Of a stretch of DNA of 45,740 bases, positions 18,391 to 26,766 are shown piece by piece. A program made the position numbers and the translations under genes. The notes beneath the pieces were generated by a model. The model searched no databases and was not told the origin of the DNA. It worked only from the letters and a program-made list of their open reading frames with translations. The number at the start of each line of letters is the position of its first letter. The stretch's first letter is position 1. This stretch comes from Coriobacteriales bacterium (GTDB taxonomy: Bacteria; Actinomycetota; Coriobacteriia; Coriobacteriales; UBA8131): assembly GCA_031279835.1 (NCBI GenBank), contig JAITHV010000064.1, positions 1-45,740 of the forward strand. The letters are read 5' to 3'.

Positions 18391-18436
18391 GCAGCCTGTA
18401 ACCCGACGCGTTTCTTGCCGTCGGGTTACAGGCTGC
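18391..18436. repeat. Long perfect hairpin (18-bp stem) directly after the lectin-like gene stop
   Basis: GCAGCCTGTAACCCGACG (18391-18408) pairs perfectly with CGTCGGGTTACAGGCTGC (18419-18436) around a 10-nt loop. No U-tract follows on either strand. Confidence 0.6.
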
Positions 18437-18466
18437 GTGACCGCAACGCTCCGATCGCAGGACTTC

Positions 18467-19339
18467 TTACACCGCGGTTACCACCCACACCTGCGCCTTG
18501 GTGCCGTTGGGCGTCCAAGTGTGCACGTTCGTGCCATTGGCCGTAGCCCCGCCTGCGGCGTCAAGCGCAAGACCACTGCAGCTAGAGTAGATGCGGTAGG
18601 TTCGGTAGCTTATCATCTCTACCCGCCAGCGCTGGGCGAGCGTGTTGTTTGAAGCGTACACCTGCACATTGGCTCCGTCGGTTGTCTTGGCGCCATCCAC
18701 GTCGAGTGGCTTCTTGGCAGCGAGGCTGGTGAGCATATAGGTGCCCGTAGCCTCGTCAAATTTGACAGAAAAGCGCTGGGCGTTGGTGCCGTTGTCCTTA
18801 TAGAGCTGGACGTTTGTGCCGTTGGCGCTCGCTGCGCCAGCCACGTCGAGGACTTGCTGGGTGTTGTTCGCAGTGGCGATCTTGTACGTCCCCTCTGGCA
18901 AGAGGTTCTGCTCGTTGGGGCCAAAGATGAACCGCTGGGCCATGGTGCCGTTTTCGCGATACAACTGCAAAGAAGTGCCGGGGGTCTTCGACGCCCCTAT
19001 CACATCGACTCGAAGCGAGGGGTTGGACTTGGGCGCAAGCGTAAAACCGTCCTTGTAGCTCGCCATCACCCAGCGCTGGGCGTCGGTTCCGTTTGGAGCG
19101 TACTGGTGAAGGCGCTGGCCCTCGACCGCGTTGTTGCCGGGCACGTCGAGCACTTTGCCGCTGCGGGGGTTCTTGATGGTATAGGTGCGGTCTTCTTTGT
19201 TGTATATCACCTGAAACACCTGTGCTACGGTCCAGTTGCGCGTATATACCTGCATGCGTGCGCCGTTTGCCGTGCTCGCACCGTCAATATCGAACACGAG
19301 GTTATTGCCAAGCTTGGAGTTGATGGTGACGAAACCGAA
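18467..19339 (-). repeat. Diverged direct repeat copy A (double beta-trefoil coding segment), paralogous to 40799-41668
   Basis: The two segments align colinearly by eye at roughly 80 % nt identity, with identical runs such as GGGCGTCCAAGTGTGCACGTT. Confidence 0.7.
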
Positions 19340-20020
19340 CGTAACAGATTCGCTTTCTGCATACTCGTCAAGCTGGGCAGATTCTACTGTGGGGTCTTTG
19401 AGCGCTATGGAGACCGCTTCCGTTTCACTCATCTCTTTGGGGATTAAAACTACAGCATAGAAGCTCCCATCGCTATAAAGATGGGTTATTTCGCCTGGGT
19501 TTTTTGTGGCGTTGATCGAAGCAAGCTTGACCGCAAGCGCTGTTATCAGTTTTGCAGGATTCTTGTCCTTCTTAAAAGTCACACGAATATGGTCTAAGGC
19601 ATAGGGGTAAGTTGTGTCGTCAGCGGGTGGCGGATCAAAAAAATGGCCCCCGGCAGCGATGACGGAAGGGTCGTTGCGCGCCTCGTAAAAAGCCTCTGAG
19701 ACGCCGATGGCCGTGCGCGTAGGAATCATGACATCAGCAACAAAGGTCCCGTCTTTATTGGTGTAGAGAAGGGTGCCGGGGTTCTTCTTCGCACCCTGTG
19801 CTGCGAGCTTGACTGCTAAAGCAGTGAGCCGCGCAGTTGGGTCTTCTCCCTTTTTGAAGTTCACAATTATTTGACCCTTGAGAACCCCATAAGAGCTGAT
19901 CTCATCAGGAACGTCCGCTTGATGCCTCGCGGGCATGCCGTAAGCTGCAGGGACCACTGACAACAGCCCCGTTATTGCCAGTATTAGTGTCAAGCTAGCA
20001 TGTACGATTATCTTTTTCAT
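18467..20020 (-). CDS. Secreted protein: signal peptide, two propeptide(I9)-like repeats, two ricin-type beta-trefoil lectin domains
   Basis: Signal peptide MKKIIVHASLTLILAITGLLSVVPAAYG. Two ~90-aa repeats follow (IIVNFKKGEDP...DPSV and IRVTFKKDKNP...DPTVESAQLDEY). Then come six sub-repeats of the form LDVxG..G..VQ.Y..NGT.AQ(R/V)(W/F), which is the (QxW)3 x 2 pattern. Confidence 0.8.
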   Translation of the reverse strand: MKKIIVHASLTLILAITGLLSVVPAAYGMPARHQADVPDEISSYGVLKGQIIVNFKKGEDPTARLTALAVKLAAQGAKKNPGTLLYTNKDGTFVADVMIPTRTAIGVSEAFYEARNDPSVIAAGGHFFDPPPADDTTYPYALDHIRVTFKKDKNPAKLITALAVKLASINATKNPGEITHLYSDGSFYAVVLIPKEMSETEAVSIALKDPTVESAQLDEYAESESVTFGFVTINSKLGNNLVFDIDGASTANGARMQVYTRNWTVAQVFQVIYNKEDRTYTIKNPRSGKVLDVPGNNAVEGQRLHQYAPNGTDAQRWVMASYKDGFTLAPKSNPSLRVDVIGASKTPGTSLQLYRENGTMAQRFIFGPNEQNLLPEGTYKIATANNTQQVLDVAGAASANGTNVQLYKDNGTNAQRFSVKFDEATGTYMLTSLAAKKPLDVDGAKTTDGANVQVYASNNTLAQRWRVEMISYRTYRIYSSCSGLALDAAGGATANGTNVHTWTPNGTKAQVWVVTAV

Positions 20021-20277
20021 AGTATTTCACCCCGTTGTCTCGCTGCCAGCAGTTCTGCCAGACAGCAACTCACTTTCCGTGTTCCAATAGTGCTCGTTTT
20101 CTTCATCGTGCTCTGTCACTGATTCTTTAAGACTTTTGTACCATGCACTTCACTCCGCCCTCCCAAATATTTGTAGAGAATGTCTTGCGTCGATGCCTCC
20201 GCGAGAAATCTTACCATACTGTCGAGCAGGCAACTTGGGCTCTTTGAGAATCCTTGACACTTTCCCCTCCCCACTCA

Positions 20278-21045
20278 TCATTCCCGAGTGTCATAGTGCT
20301 CGATGGCGGCGTCGATCGGCCCGTCAAAGACCGCCTTGCCGCTTGCGAGCACGATGCCACGCCTGCAGAACTCCTGTGCCGAAGAGGACGAGTGCGTCAC
20401 GAACAGCACCGTCACCTTCGAGTCCGAGATGATCTCGTGGACGCGCTCGAGGCACTTCTCTGCAAAGCGCTTGTCGCCGACCGAGAGCGCCTCATCCACC
20501 ACGAAGATGTCCGGCTCGATGTTCACTGCTAGCGCGAACCCCAGGCGCGCGCGCATGCCGCTTGAATAGGTGCGCAGCGGCTGCTTGATGAAGGTCCCGA
20601 GCTCGGCAAACTCGATGACGCGCGGCAACAGGTCGTCTACCTGCTCTTTTGTGAGCCCCCACAGTCGCGCGCGCATGCGAAGGTTCTCGATCCCCGTCAG
20701 CTGCGCGTCGAAGCCCGCGGAAAGCTCAAGCAGGGCGCTCACCCGGCCGTTCACTTCTATGGTGCCGCTCGTCGGATACGCGACGCCGGTGACCATCTTG
20801 AGCGCCGTGGACTTCCCGGCGCCGTTGCGCCCGATGAAGGCCACCGCCTCGCCGCGACAGATCTCGAAGCTGAGGCAGTCGTTGGCGCGCACCTCCTCAA
20901 AAGGCACCCGTTTGGAGAAGGCCGCCAAGAACCGCTTGCGCTCGCTCTCGAACAGGCGGTAGACCTTGCTGACCTGCTCGAAGCGGATGGCGCACGGTGC
21001 CGACGTGTCTTCCGTGTGCAGCACCAAAGGCCGCTCAGAGCTCAT
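20278..21045 (-). CDS. tagH: Teichoic acid/polysaccharide export ABC transporter ATP-binding protein (TagH/Wzt-like, no C-terminal CBM)
   Basis: Walker A GRNGAGKST, signature SSGMRARLGFA and Walker B IFVVDEALSVGD. At 255 aa it has no extra C-terminal domain. Confidence 0.9.
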   Translation of the reverse strand: MSSERPLVLHTEDTSAPCAIRFEQVSKVYRLFESERKRFLAAFSKRVPFEEVRANDCLSFEICRGEAVAFIGRNGAGKSTALKMVTGVAYPTSGTIEVNGRVSALLELSAGFDAQLTGIENLRMRARLWGLTKEQVDDLLPRVIEFAELGTFIKQPLRTYSSGMRARLGFALAVNIEPDIFVVDEALSVGDKRFAEKCLERVHEIISDSKVTVLFVTHSSSSAQEFCRRGIVLASGKAVFDGPIDAAIEHYDTRE

Positions 21046-21931
21046 CGGCGACCCCCTTGCTGAACTGCCGGTGCGCTAATAGCGCACACAGCGCCGTGAC
21101 TGTCAGCACCGCCGCGAACGGCAGCAGCAGCTCAGGCTTCTCCCACACCCAATACCGGTCGCAGACGGCAGCGCGCATGGCAGTGACAAAAAACGTCACG
21201 GGGTTGAACGAGAGCACGGTAGAGACCCAGCCGTGCTCCACCGCCGAGACGTTGAAGATGACGCCCGAGACCCAGAACAACGGCAGGCTCATCGCCTTGA
21301 TGAGGTTGCCGAGGTCCTTGCTTATGGCCGTGAGCGGCGAGGTCATTATCGACCAAAGCACAAAGAACAGGTACATGACCAACACGACGAGCGGCACCTG
21401 GGCCAGATGCGCGTCAAAGCGGATGCCGCAGGCCAGTGCGACGGCGAGCATCACCACAAAGCACACGGCAAAGACCATGAGCGACGAGAGCGCAAAGAAG
21501 CTCGAGATGGCAGAAAGCGGAAACCTGATGCGGTTGACCAGGTAGGAATAGCGTTTGAGCACTCCCGAGCCCGCAGTCAGCATGTCGGCCATGAAGAACC
21601 ACGGGATAAGCCCGGTTGCCAGCCAAAGGATGAAGGGGTAGTCCCCCACCGTGTCGCTCGCGCGCAGCCCGAGATCGAGCGCGAACCAAAAGCACCCGAT
21701 GTATATGAGCGGCTTGGCGAACATCCATGCCCAACCGAGCACCGCTCCCCGGTAGGTCTTTTTGATATCAACTAAGGCAAGATCCCAAATTTGGTGACGC
21801 CATGTGTAATTGTCTACAACTATCTGCTTTATGGTAGCGAACAAGCCTCTAGGTGCCTTTCTATGCTGCTTACGATATGCTCGATCGCGCTGCCGGGCTC
21901 GCGCTCCAGGTAGCGGTCGCAAAAGTCCCAA
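21035..21931 (-). CDS. tagG: Teichoic acid/polysaccharide export ABC-2 permease (TagG/Wzm-like)
   Basis: Polytopic ABC-2 pattern with YRGAVLGWAWMFAKPL near the N-terminus. It overlaps tagH by 11 nt. The Arg-rich first ~29 aa overlap the upstream gene, so the true start is probably later (for example the TTG at 21844). Confidence 0.85.
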   Translation of the reverse strand: MGLLRPLPGARARQRDRAYRKQHRKAPRGLFATIKQIVVDNYTWRHQIWDLALVDIKKTYRGAVLGWAWMFAKPLIYIGCFWFALDLGLRASDTVGDYPFILWLATGLIPWFFMADMLTAGSGVLKRYSYLVNRIRFPLSAISSFFALSSLMVFAVCFVVMLAVALACGIRFDAHLAQVPLVVLVMYLFFVLWSIMTSPLTAISKDLGNLIKAMSLPLFWVSGVIFNVSAVEHGWVSTVLSFNPVTFFVTAMRAAVCDRYWVWEKPELLLPFAAVLTVTALCALLAHRQFSKGVADEL

Positions 21932-23127
21932 AAGCCGCTGGACTCGTAGCGCCTGGCCGAGCGTCCTTCTTGTAGGTAGTATGCCACAGCCTGGGCGTCC
22001 GAGAAAGCAATTGACGGGAATTCGCGCACTGGGTCGATGTTCAGGCCGGGCGCGACACGGTACTCCTCAATGTCGGGAACATAGAAGACGACCTCTTTGT
22101 GGAGAAGGCCGGCCTCGAAGGCCACGGCAGAGTAGTCGGTCACCACGACGTCCGCGAAGCCGAGGAGGTCGAGGCTGGCAGCGCCGTGCACCTGTTGGTA
22201 GCGCGTGGCCGCCGAGGTCGCCGAGGCCGCCGAGGCCGCCGAGGTCGCCGAGGCCTGCGGGGCCGCCGAGGCCGCCAAGGCCTGCGGGGCCGCCGAGGCT
22301 TGTTGGGCGGGCGAGGCCGCCGAGGCCGGCTGGCCAGGCGGGGCCGCCGAGGCCTGCGGGCCGCTCGCGCTCAGCCCGTGCGGCGTGAACAGCAGCTGGC
22401 AACCCACGTCATAGAGCGCGGCGGCAAGCGCGTCAGCCCAGGCAGCCACGCGCGAGGCGCCGTCGGGGCCAGCGCGAAAAGTCGGAACGTACAAGACGGT
22501 CGCCCCCTGGCCGTCGCGCCTTTTGACCTGCGGGGCCAGGCGCTCGTGGACACGCTGCCGCTCAGGGGCAAAGGCGTCATCGAGCAGGTAGTCCATGCGC
22601 GGAAGCCCCCAGGGGCGGATGACCGAGGGGTCGCAGCAAAAGGCCTCGGCATAGGGGGCCTGGGCCCCTCTGCCGCCCGCCACAACGACTGAGTAGTTGG
22701 CGTGCATGCGCAGGCCGTGCGCCTGCGCCCTGCTGCGGCCCGCTGGGGTGCCGACGGATTGCCACCCAAAGCGCTTCACGGCACCGGGCGCATGCCAGAG
22801 CTGTATGACAAGCGTCTGCGGGTCAAGGCGCGGAAGCGACACGGCGGGCACGTAGCCGTCTATCACGCACACGTGCGCGCCTGCCGCCAGCTTGAGCTGA
22901 CGCAGGCTGCTGGCAAGCGCCGCACGGCGAGAGGCGCCTTTGTCTGCCCAACAAGAATACGCGACGTCGAGCTTGGAGTCGCGCTCGTTAAGCCTCGCCA
23001 TGAGCAGACGGAAGTCCAACGAGGGACGCGCGGACTGGCGCGAGAGAAACGCCACACGACACCGCGCAGGACGGGCGCGCATGAGACGATAGGCAATGCG
23101 GAACAATACGACGACAAGGCGGTGCAA
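21829..23127 (-). CDS. CDP-polyol:polymer phosphotransferase, TagB/TagF family
   Basis: Family motifs IQLWHAPGAVKRFG, GLPRMDYL, VLYVPTFR and VVVTDYSAVAFEAGLL. The start is uncertain (TTG 23127 or ATG 23082). It contains an Ala/Ser/Pro/Gln low-complexity insert. Confidence 0.85.
   Translation of the reverse strand: MHRLVVVLFRIAYRLMRARPARCRVAFLSRQSARPSLDFRLLMARLNERDSKLDVAYSCWADKGASRRAALASSLRQLKLAAGAHVCVIDGYVPAVSLPRLDPQTLVIQLWHAPGAVKRFGWQSVGTPAGRSRAQAHGLRMHANYSVVVAGGRGAQAPYAEAFCCDPSVIRPWGLPRMDYLLDDAFAPERQRVHERLAPQVKRRDGQGATVLYVPTFRAGPDGASRVAAWADALAAALYDVGCQLLFTPHGLSASGPQASAAPPGQPASAASPAQQASAAPQALAASAAPQASATSAASAASATSAATRYQQVHGAASLDLLGFADVVVTDYSAVAFEAGLLHKEVVFYVPDIEEYRVAPGLNIDPVREFPSIAFSDAQAVAYYLQEGRSARRYESSGFWDFCDRYLEREPGSAIEHIVSSIERHLEACSLP
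22211..22363 (-). repeat. In-frame degenerate 9-bp tandem array (about 17 units) inside the TagF-like gene
   Basis: On the plus strand the units are GCCGAGGTC/GCCGAGGCC, repeated in strict 9-nt register and interspersed with TGCGGGGCC. They encode ...PQASAAPPGQPASAASPAQQASAAPQALAASAAPQASATSAASAASATSAA... Confidence 0.85.
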
Positions 23128-23341
23128 GGCACGGTCTCCCAGGGTCAGGGGCGGGATGGGCGGCGGGCAAACGGGTCAATCAAGCGTCTGCGCAAAAGAC
23201 AGCCGCAAGGCTGCTCCCGAGCGCATGAGACATGATACAAGATTAACCCCTGCGCCGACATCAAGCAGCGCAGCCACGACTAAGCAGCAGCGTGCGCCGT
23301 GCCCGTCCGTGAGACCCCGCGCAGTCTGCGCAAGCCCAGTG

Positions 23342-23370
23342 TTTCAAATCCTGCGCGAGTTTGGTAGTAT
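23342..23370 (+). promoter_or_regulatory. Putative promoter for ino1 in the divergent tagF-like/ino1 intergenic region
   Basis: TTTCAA (23342-23347), a 17-nt spacer, then TAGTAT (23365-23370). The RBS GGTGGAG lies 7 nt before the ATG at 23439. Confidence 0.4.
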
Positions 23371-23438
23371 TGTGCGCATAGAACAACATCATCCCTGAGG
23401 GGAATGACACTCGTATCGACACTCTAGGTGGAGACTGA

Positions 23439-24569
23439 ATGCCAAATAAAATTAAGGTAGCGGTTGTAGGCGTTGGCAACTGTTGCAGCGCCCTGTACCA
23501 GGGCATTGAGTACTACCGAGACGCAGACCAAGAGTCGATTCCCGGAATTATGTTCGCCGTCATCGGCGGGTATTATCCGCGAGACATTACGTTTGTCGCC
23601 GCCTTTGACATTGACGAGCGCAAAGTAGGGCTCCCTCTGGGCGAGGCGATCTTCCAGCAGCCCAACTGTGCGCGGGTGTTCATGCCACAGGTTCCCGCTG
23701 GACCGCTTGTGCAGATGGGCCAACCGCTCGACGGGTTTTCTGAGCACATGCTCAGCGAGGACCCTGACCGCGGCTTTCGCCTCTCCGGCGCTGACCCCGT
23801 AGACGTGGTGCAGTTGCTCAAAGAGAGCCAAGCTGACGTCTTGCTCAACTTCTGCCCCGTTGGCTCTGAGGAGGCCACGAGGTATTACGCCCAGTGCTGC
23901 ATCGACGCAGGCGTCGCGATGGTCAACTGCATCCCCGTCTTCATAGCCTCGGACCCGACCTGGGAGCGGCGCTTTGCCGACGCAGGCCTGCCGATCATCG
24001 GAGACGACATGCGCTCGCAGTTCGGCGCGAGCGTGGTATCGCAAGTCTTGCAAGAGCTTGCGCTCGACCGGGGCGCCGTCGTGGACTTTCACCAGCAGAT
24101 CAATGTTGGCGGCAACACTGACTTCAACAACATGATGGTCCAAAGTCGCCTCTCGTCGAAGAAACAATCCAAAGAAAACGTCATTCGCGCACAAAGCGAG
24201 CTGCGCGGGGTTTCTATTGAGAAAGACAGCCTGTTTGCCGGACCGAGTACCTTCATACCCTATCTGAAGGACACCAAGGTGGCCTACTTCAACCTGCTTC
24301 TGCGCGGCTTTGGCGATGCGCCGATAAGCTTTGACGCCAAGCTCTCGGTTTGCGACTCAGAAAACTCTGCAGGAGTTGTCATAGACGCCATACGGTACCT
24401 AAAAGTAGCTCACGAGCTCGGCATTGCAGGGGCGCTGCGTGGCCCGAGCGCCTGGACCCAGAAGACGCCGCCGATGCAGATGACACTCGCCGATGCCCAG
24501 GCTGAGTGCGCGGCGCTGGCACAACGCCAGCTGACGGCGACCATGAAGTCTGGCAAGCAGCAGGCGTGA
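23439..24569 (+). CDS. ino1: myo-Inositol-1(3)-phosphate synthase, actinobacterial Ino1 type
   Basis: Colinear with mycobacterial Ino1 as I recall it. Shared blocks are KVAVVGVGNC.S.L.QG.EYY, VAAFD.D..KVG, PVGSEEA..YAQC.IDAGVA.VN..PVFIASDP.W, GDD..SQ.GA, NVGGN.DF.NM, SKK.SK and DS.NSAGV.IDA.R. Confidence 0.95.
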   Translation: MPNKIKVAVVGVGNCCSALYQGIEYYRDADQESIPGIMFAVIGGYYPRDITFVAAFDIDERKVGLPLGEAIFQQPNCARVFMPQVPAGPLVQMGQPLDGFSEHMLSEDPDRGFRLSGADPVDVVQLLKESQADVLLNFCPVGSEEATRYYAQCCIDAGVAMVNCIPVFIASDPTWERRFADAGLPIIGDDMRSQFGASVVSQVLQELALDRGAVVDFHQQINVGGNTDFNNMMVQSRLSSKKQSKENVIRAQSELRGVSIEKDSLFAGPSTFIPYLKDTKVAYFNLLLRGFGDAPISFDAKLSVCDSENSAGVVIDAIRYLKVAHELGIAGALRGPSAWTQKTPPMQMTLADAQAECAALAQRQLTATMKSGKQQA

Positions 24570-24574
24570 CGCCC

Positions 24575-24961
24575 ATGACCTCGGTTTCAGGCAGCATCAA
24601 CTCATACGACCTCGACGGCGTGATCACCCTGGGGATAACGCCAGGCCCGGACGACATTATCATCACTGGCCGTTCCTTTGAGGAGGCTCGTGAGACCTAC
24701 CGCTACCTGCATAGCAGGGGAATACTCAACGCGGTCTTCTTTCAGCCCCGGCCTTTTGCCAGCAAGACCCGCGAGAGCTCGGGCGCCCACAAAGGCATGC
24801 TCTTGCAGCAGCTCCTCCATAATGGCGTGCGAGTCGAGAAGCACTTCGAAGACGACGAGGTTCAAAAGCAAGAGATCGAGAAGCTTGTCGACATCCCAGT
24901 GGTGCACCTGGTGCACGATCTGACCGAGAAGGAGAACGTGCGTCACCCTTATGAAGGATAG
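24575..24961 (+). CDS. Small HAD-superfamily-like protein (putative phosphatase)
   Basis: 128 aa with a DxD-type motif I (YDLDGVIT), a motif II-like ITGRS, a Lys (AHKG) and an acidic motif IV-like FEDDE. The ATG at 24575 lies 6 nt after the ino1 stop. Family assignment is tentative. Confidence 0.5.
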   Translation: MTSVSGSINSYDLDGVITLGITPGPDDIIITGRSFEEARETYRYLHSRGILNAVFFQPRPFASKTRESSGAHKGMLLQQLLHNGVRVEKHFEDDEVQKQEIEKLVDIPVVHLVHDLTEKENVRHPYEG

Positions 24962-24976
24962 CTGCGCGGCAGTGCG

Positions 24977-26350
24977 CTATTGTTTGGCGAGGCTGTCGAG
25001 AAGATCCGGGGTGACCTCAGTGAACCTGATGACGTCAGGGTGGTCGATCTTTGACAAAGCACTCCCTTCCTGCACCTTTGCGAGTATCTTGGAGCCAGCG
25101 CACCGGTAGTCGGCGACCTTCGAGGGCAAGTAGGGGTTAATGGGGCCGGCAAACTCCAGGTCCTCGACATAGAGGTAGTCCATTTTTTGGGCTATGTTCA
25201 AGAACTCGAGGTTGCCCACTGCGTCGTTGACGCAAACCCGGGCATGGTTTTGCAGGGCGTCGTCTGTCAGGCTGGCGACTGAGAAGCTCCATGCCTCTAA
25301 CTCCTGCTTGGGAAACACCGGGGCGAAGATGTGAAGCACGACCTGTGGGTTCTCGAGCAACTCAAAAAATGACCTCAACTCCCTTCCCCGATAGAACATA
25401 ATACCAAAGTAAGCTATGTTGATAACTTCGTTAACTAGCTGATATTTAGAGTGATGTATATCACAATAGCGACTATCGAGCGAAGGAGGCGCGAACACGA
25501 CGGCCTTGTCCCTGAATTTTGCCTTCAAGTCCTGCGACCTGCAGTACGCATGCATATGCAGGAATTGGTTCTCGTTGGTCACCAGCACTTGGTCGGCAAG
25601 GTCATAGATTGCCAGTTCGATCGACTCATAGTAGTCATCAGAATATTTGCTCAACTCTGGGACTACTTGAGGAATATGGTCCCTCTTGTTGGTCACCGAC
25701 ATGCTTAGAGGGTCGCCCATTCTCGCCACCCACCGAACACTGGGGTACTGTAGCTTGTAGGCTATGGCCGGCAGATGCGACGCCACTGGATGAGAACGCG
25801 AGTAAACCATGTCGGGCACGTCTTTATTAAGAGCTACCGCAAAGGCGTCGGCACCCCAGGCTGCATGGGACTCGAGCACCTCGCGGTCAAAGCTGTCCAC
25901 GAGGTCAAAAGAGCCATAGCATTGTGACGCATAATAGAAATTATAATTATCATCCGCATACAACCCAGGACGACCTCCGGCAGATATCACTTGCCAGTCG
26001 ATTGACTCCCCTTCCCGCAGCGCAACAGACGCGATCTCACGAGGCGGCATATAGCAGCTTTGGTCGCCTGAGCGACCGAACGTGGCACAAAACGCGATGC
26101 CCTTTTTTGTCGCAAGCGCAGAGGTGTTGAGCAGTGGCAGGTCAGCAGTCTTTAGATAGGCCTGCACCGCGTGGCGCTCAGCGGCGTCGCAGGCAGCAAA
26201 GAGCTGCCGCAGCAACGGCGTCTGCTCCTTTATCGCATGCATTGCCTTGGCCTTCTGGTCAAGCGGCGCGTCGCCAAAGACAACTTTTGCCAGCTCAGCA
26301 TGGCACGCGAACTCGCAGGCGAGCGGCTTGGGCACTGCCGCAGCGCTCAC
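24977..26350 (-). CDS. Putative GT-B fold (GT4-like) glycosyltransferase
   Basis: Weak GT-B hallmarks are SRSHPVASHLPA ... RWVARMGDPLS (resembling the DfRDPW block) and a C-terminal PSKVADYRCAGSKILAKV (resembling the E..K..EY...G.PI block). The GTG start overlaps the tagD-1 stop (GTGA). Confidence 0.4.
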   Translation of the reverse strand: MSAAAVPKPLACEFACHAELAKVVFGDAPLDQKAKAMHAIKEQTPLLRQLFAACDAAERHAVQAYLKTADLPLLNTSALATKKGIAFCATFGRSGDQSCYMPPREIASVALREGESIDWQVISAGGRPGLYADDNYNFYYASQCYGSFDLVDSFDREVLESHAAWGADAFAVALNKDVPDMVYSRSHPVASHLPAIAYKLQYPSVRWVARMGDPLSMSVTNKRDHIPQVVPELSKYSDDYYESIELAIYDLADQVLVTNENQFLHMHAYCRSQDLKAKFRDKAVVFAPPSLDSRYCDIHHSKYQLVNEVINIAYFGIMFYRGRELRSFFELLENPQVVLHIFAPVFPKQELEAWSFSVASLTDDALQNHARVCVNDAVGNLEFLNIAQKMDYLYVEDLEFAGPINPYLPSKVADYRCAGSKILAKVQEGSALSKIDHPDVIRFTEVTPDLLDSLAKQ

Positions 26351-26766
26351 GCGTCGACCCCTTCGGTATAGGAGAAGAAGACCAGCTCGGCCCCGAGGTT
26401 GTTAAGCAGTTCCTCTTCCCAGGTCCACCCGGCATCATGCAGATGGTCGTCGCCGCTGAACATGGCGTCGAACTTGTAGCGATGCCAGGCAGCGACCTTG
26501 TTGAGCAGCACGGGCGAGGTCACATCAACCTCGTCCACGTACTTGAGGGCCTCGATTATCGCGATCCGGTCCTGCAGCTTGACCGTGGGGGGCTCATGCT
26601 TGATCTGCATGACCGCGTCGTCTGAGAGCACACCGACCACCAACCGGTCGCAGCGCTCCTTCGCGCGGCGGATCAAGTTGAGGTGCCCTATGTGAAACCC
26701 GTCAAAGATCCCCGAGATGTACCCAGTCGTCCACCTCTTGTCTGTCTCGAGCGCAAAAACTGACAT
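26347..26766 (-). CDS. TagD-family cytidylyltransferase, paralog 1 (C-terminally short)
   Basis: HxGH motif in GYISGIFDGFHIGHLNLIRRAKE. The ATG at 26766 has AGGAGG upstream and overlaps the GT2 stop (TAATG). The protein ends ...SYTEGVDA, so the RTxGISTT-type motif is incomplete. Confidence 0.82.
   Translation of the reverse strand: MSVFALETDKRWTTGYISGIFDGFHIGHLNLIRRAKERCDRLVVGVLSDDAVMQIKHEPPTVKLQDRIAIIEALKYVDEVDVTSPVLLNKVAAWHRYKFDAMFSGDDHLHDAGWTWEEELLNNLGAELVFFSYTEGVDA

Noticed and set aside
22211-22363. Regularly spaced short repeats, considered as a CRISPR array.
   Set aside because: The units are 9 bp, contiguous with no spacers, in frame inside a TagF-family gene, and there are no cas genes. 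It is a coding minisatellite.
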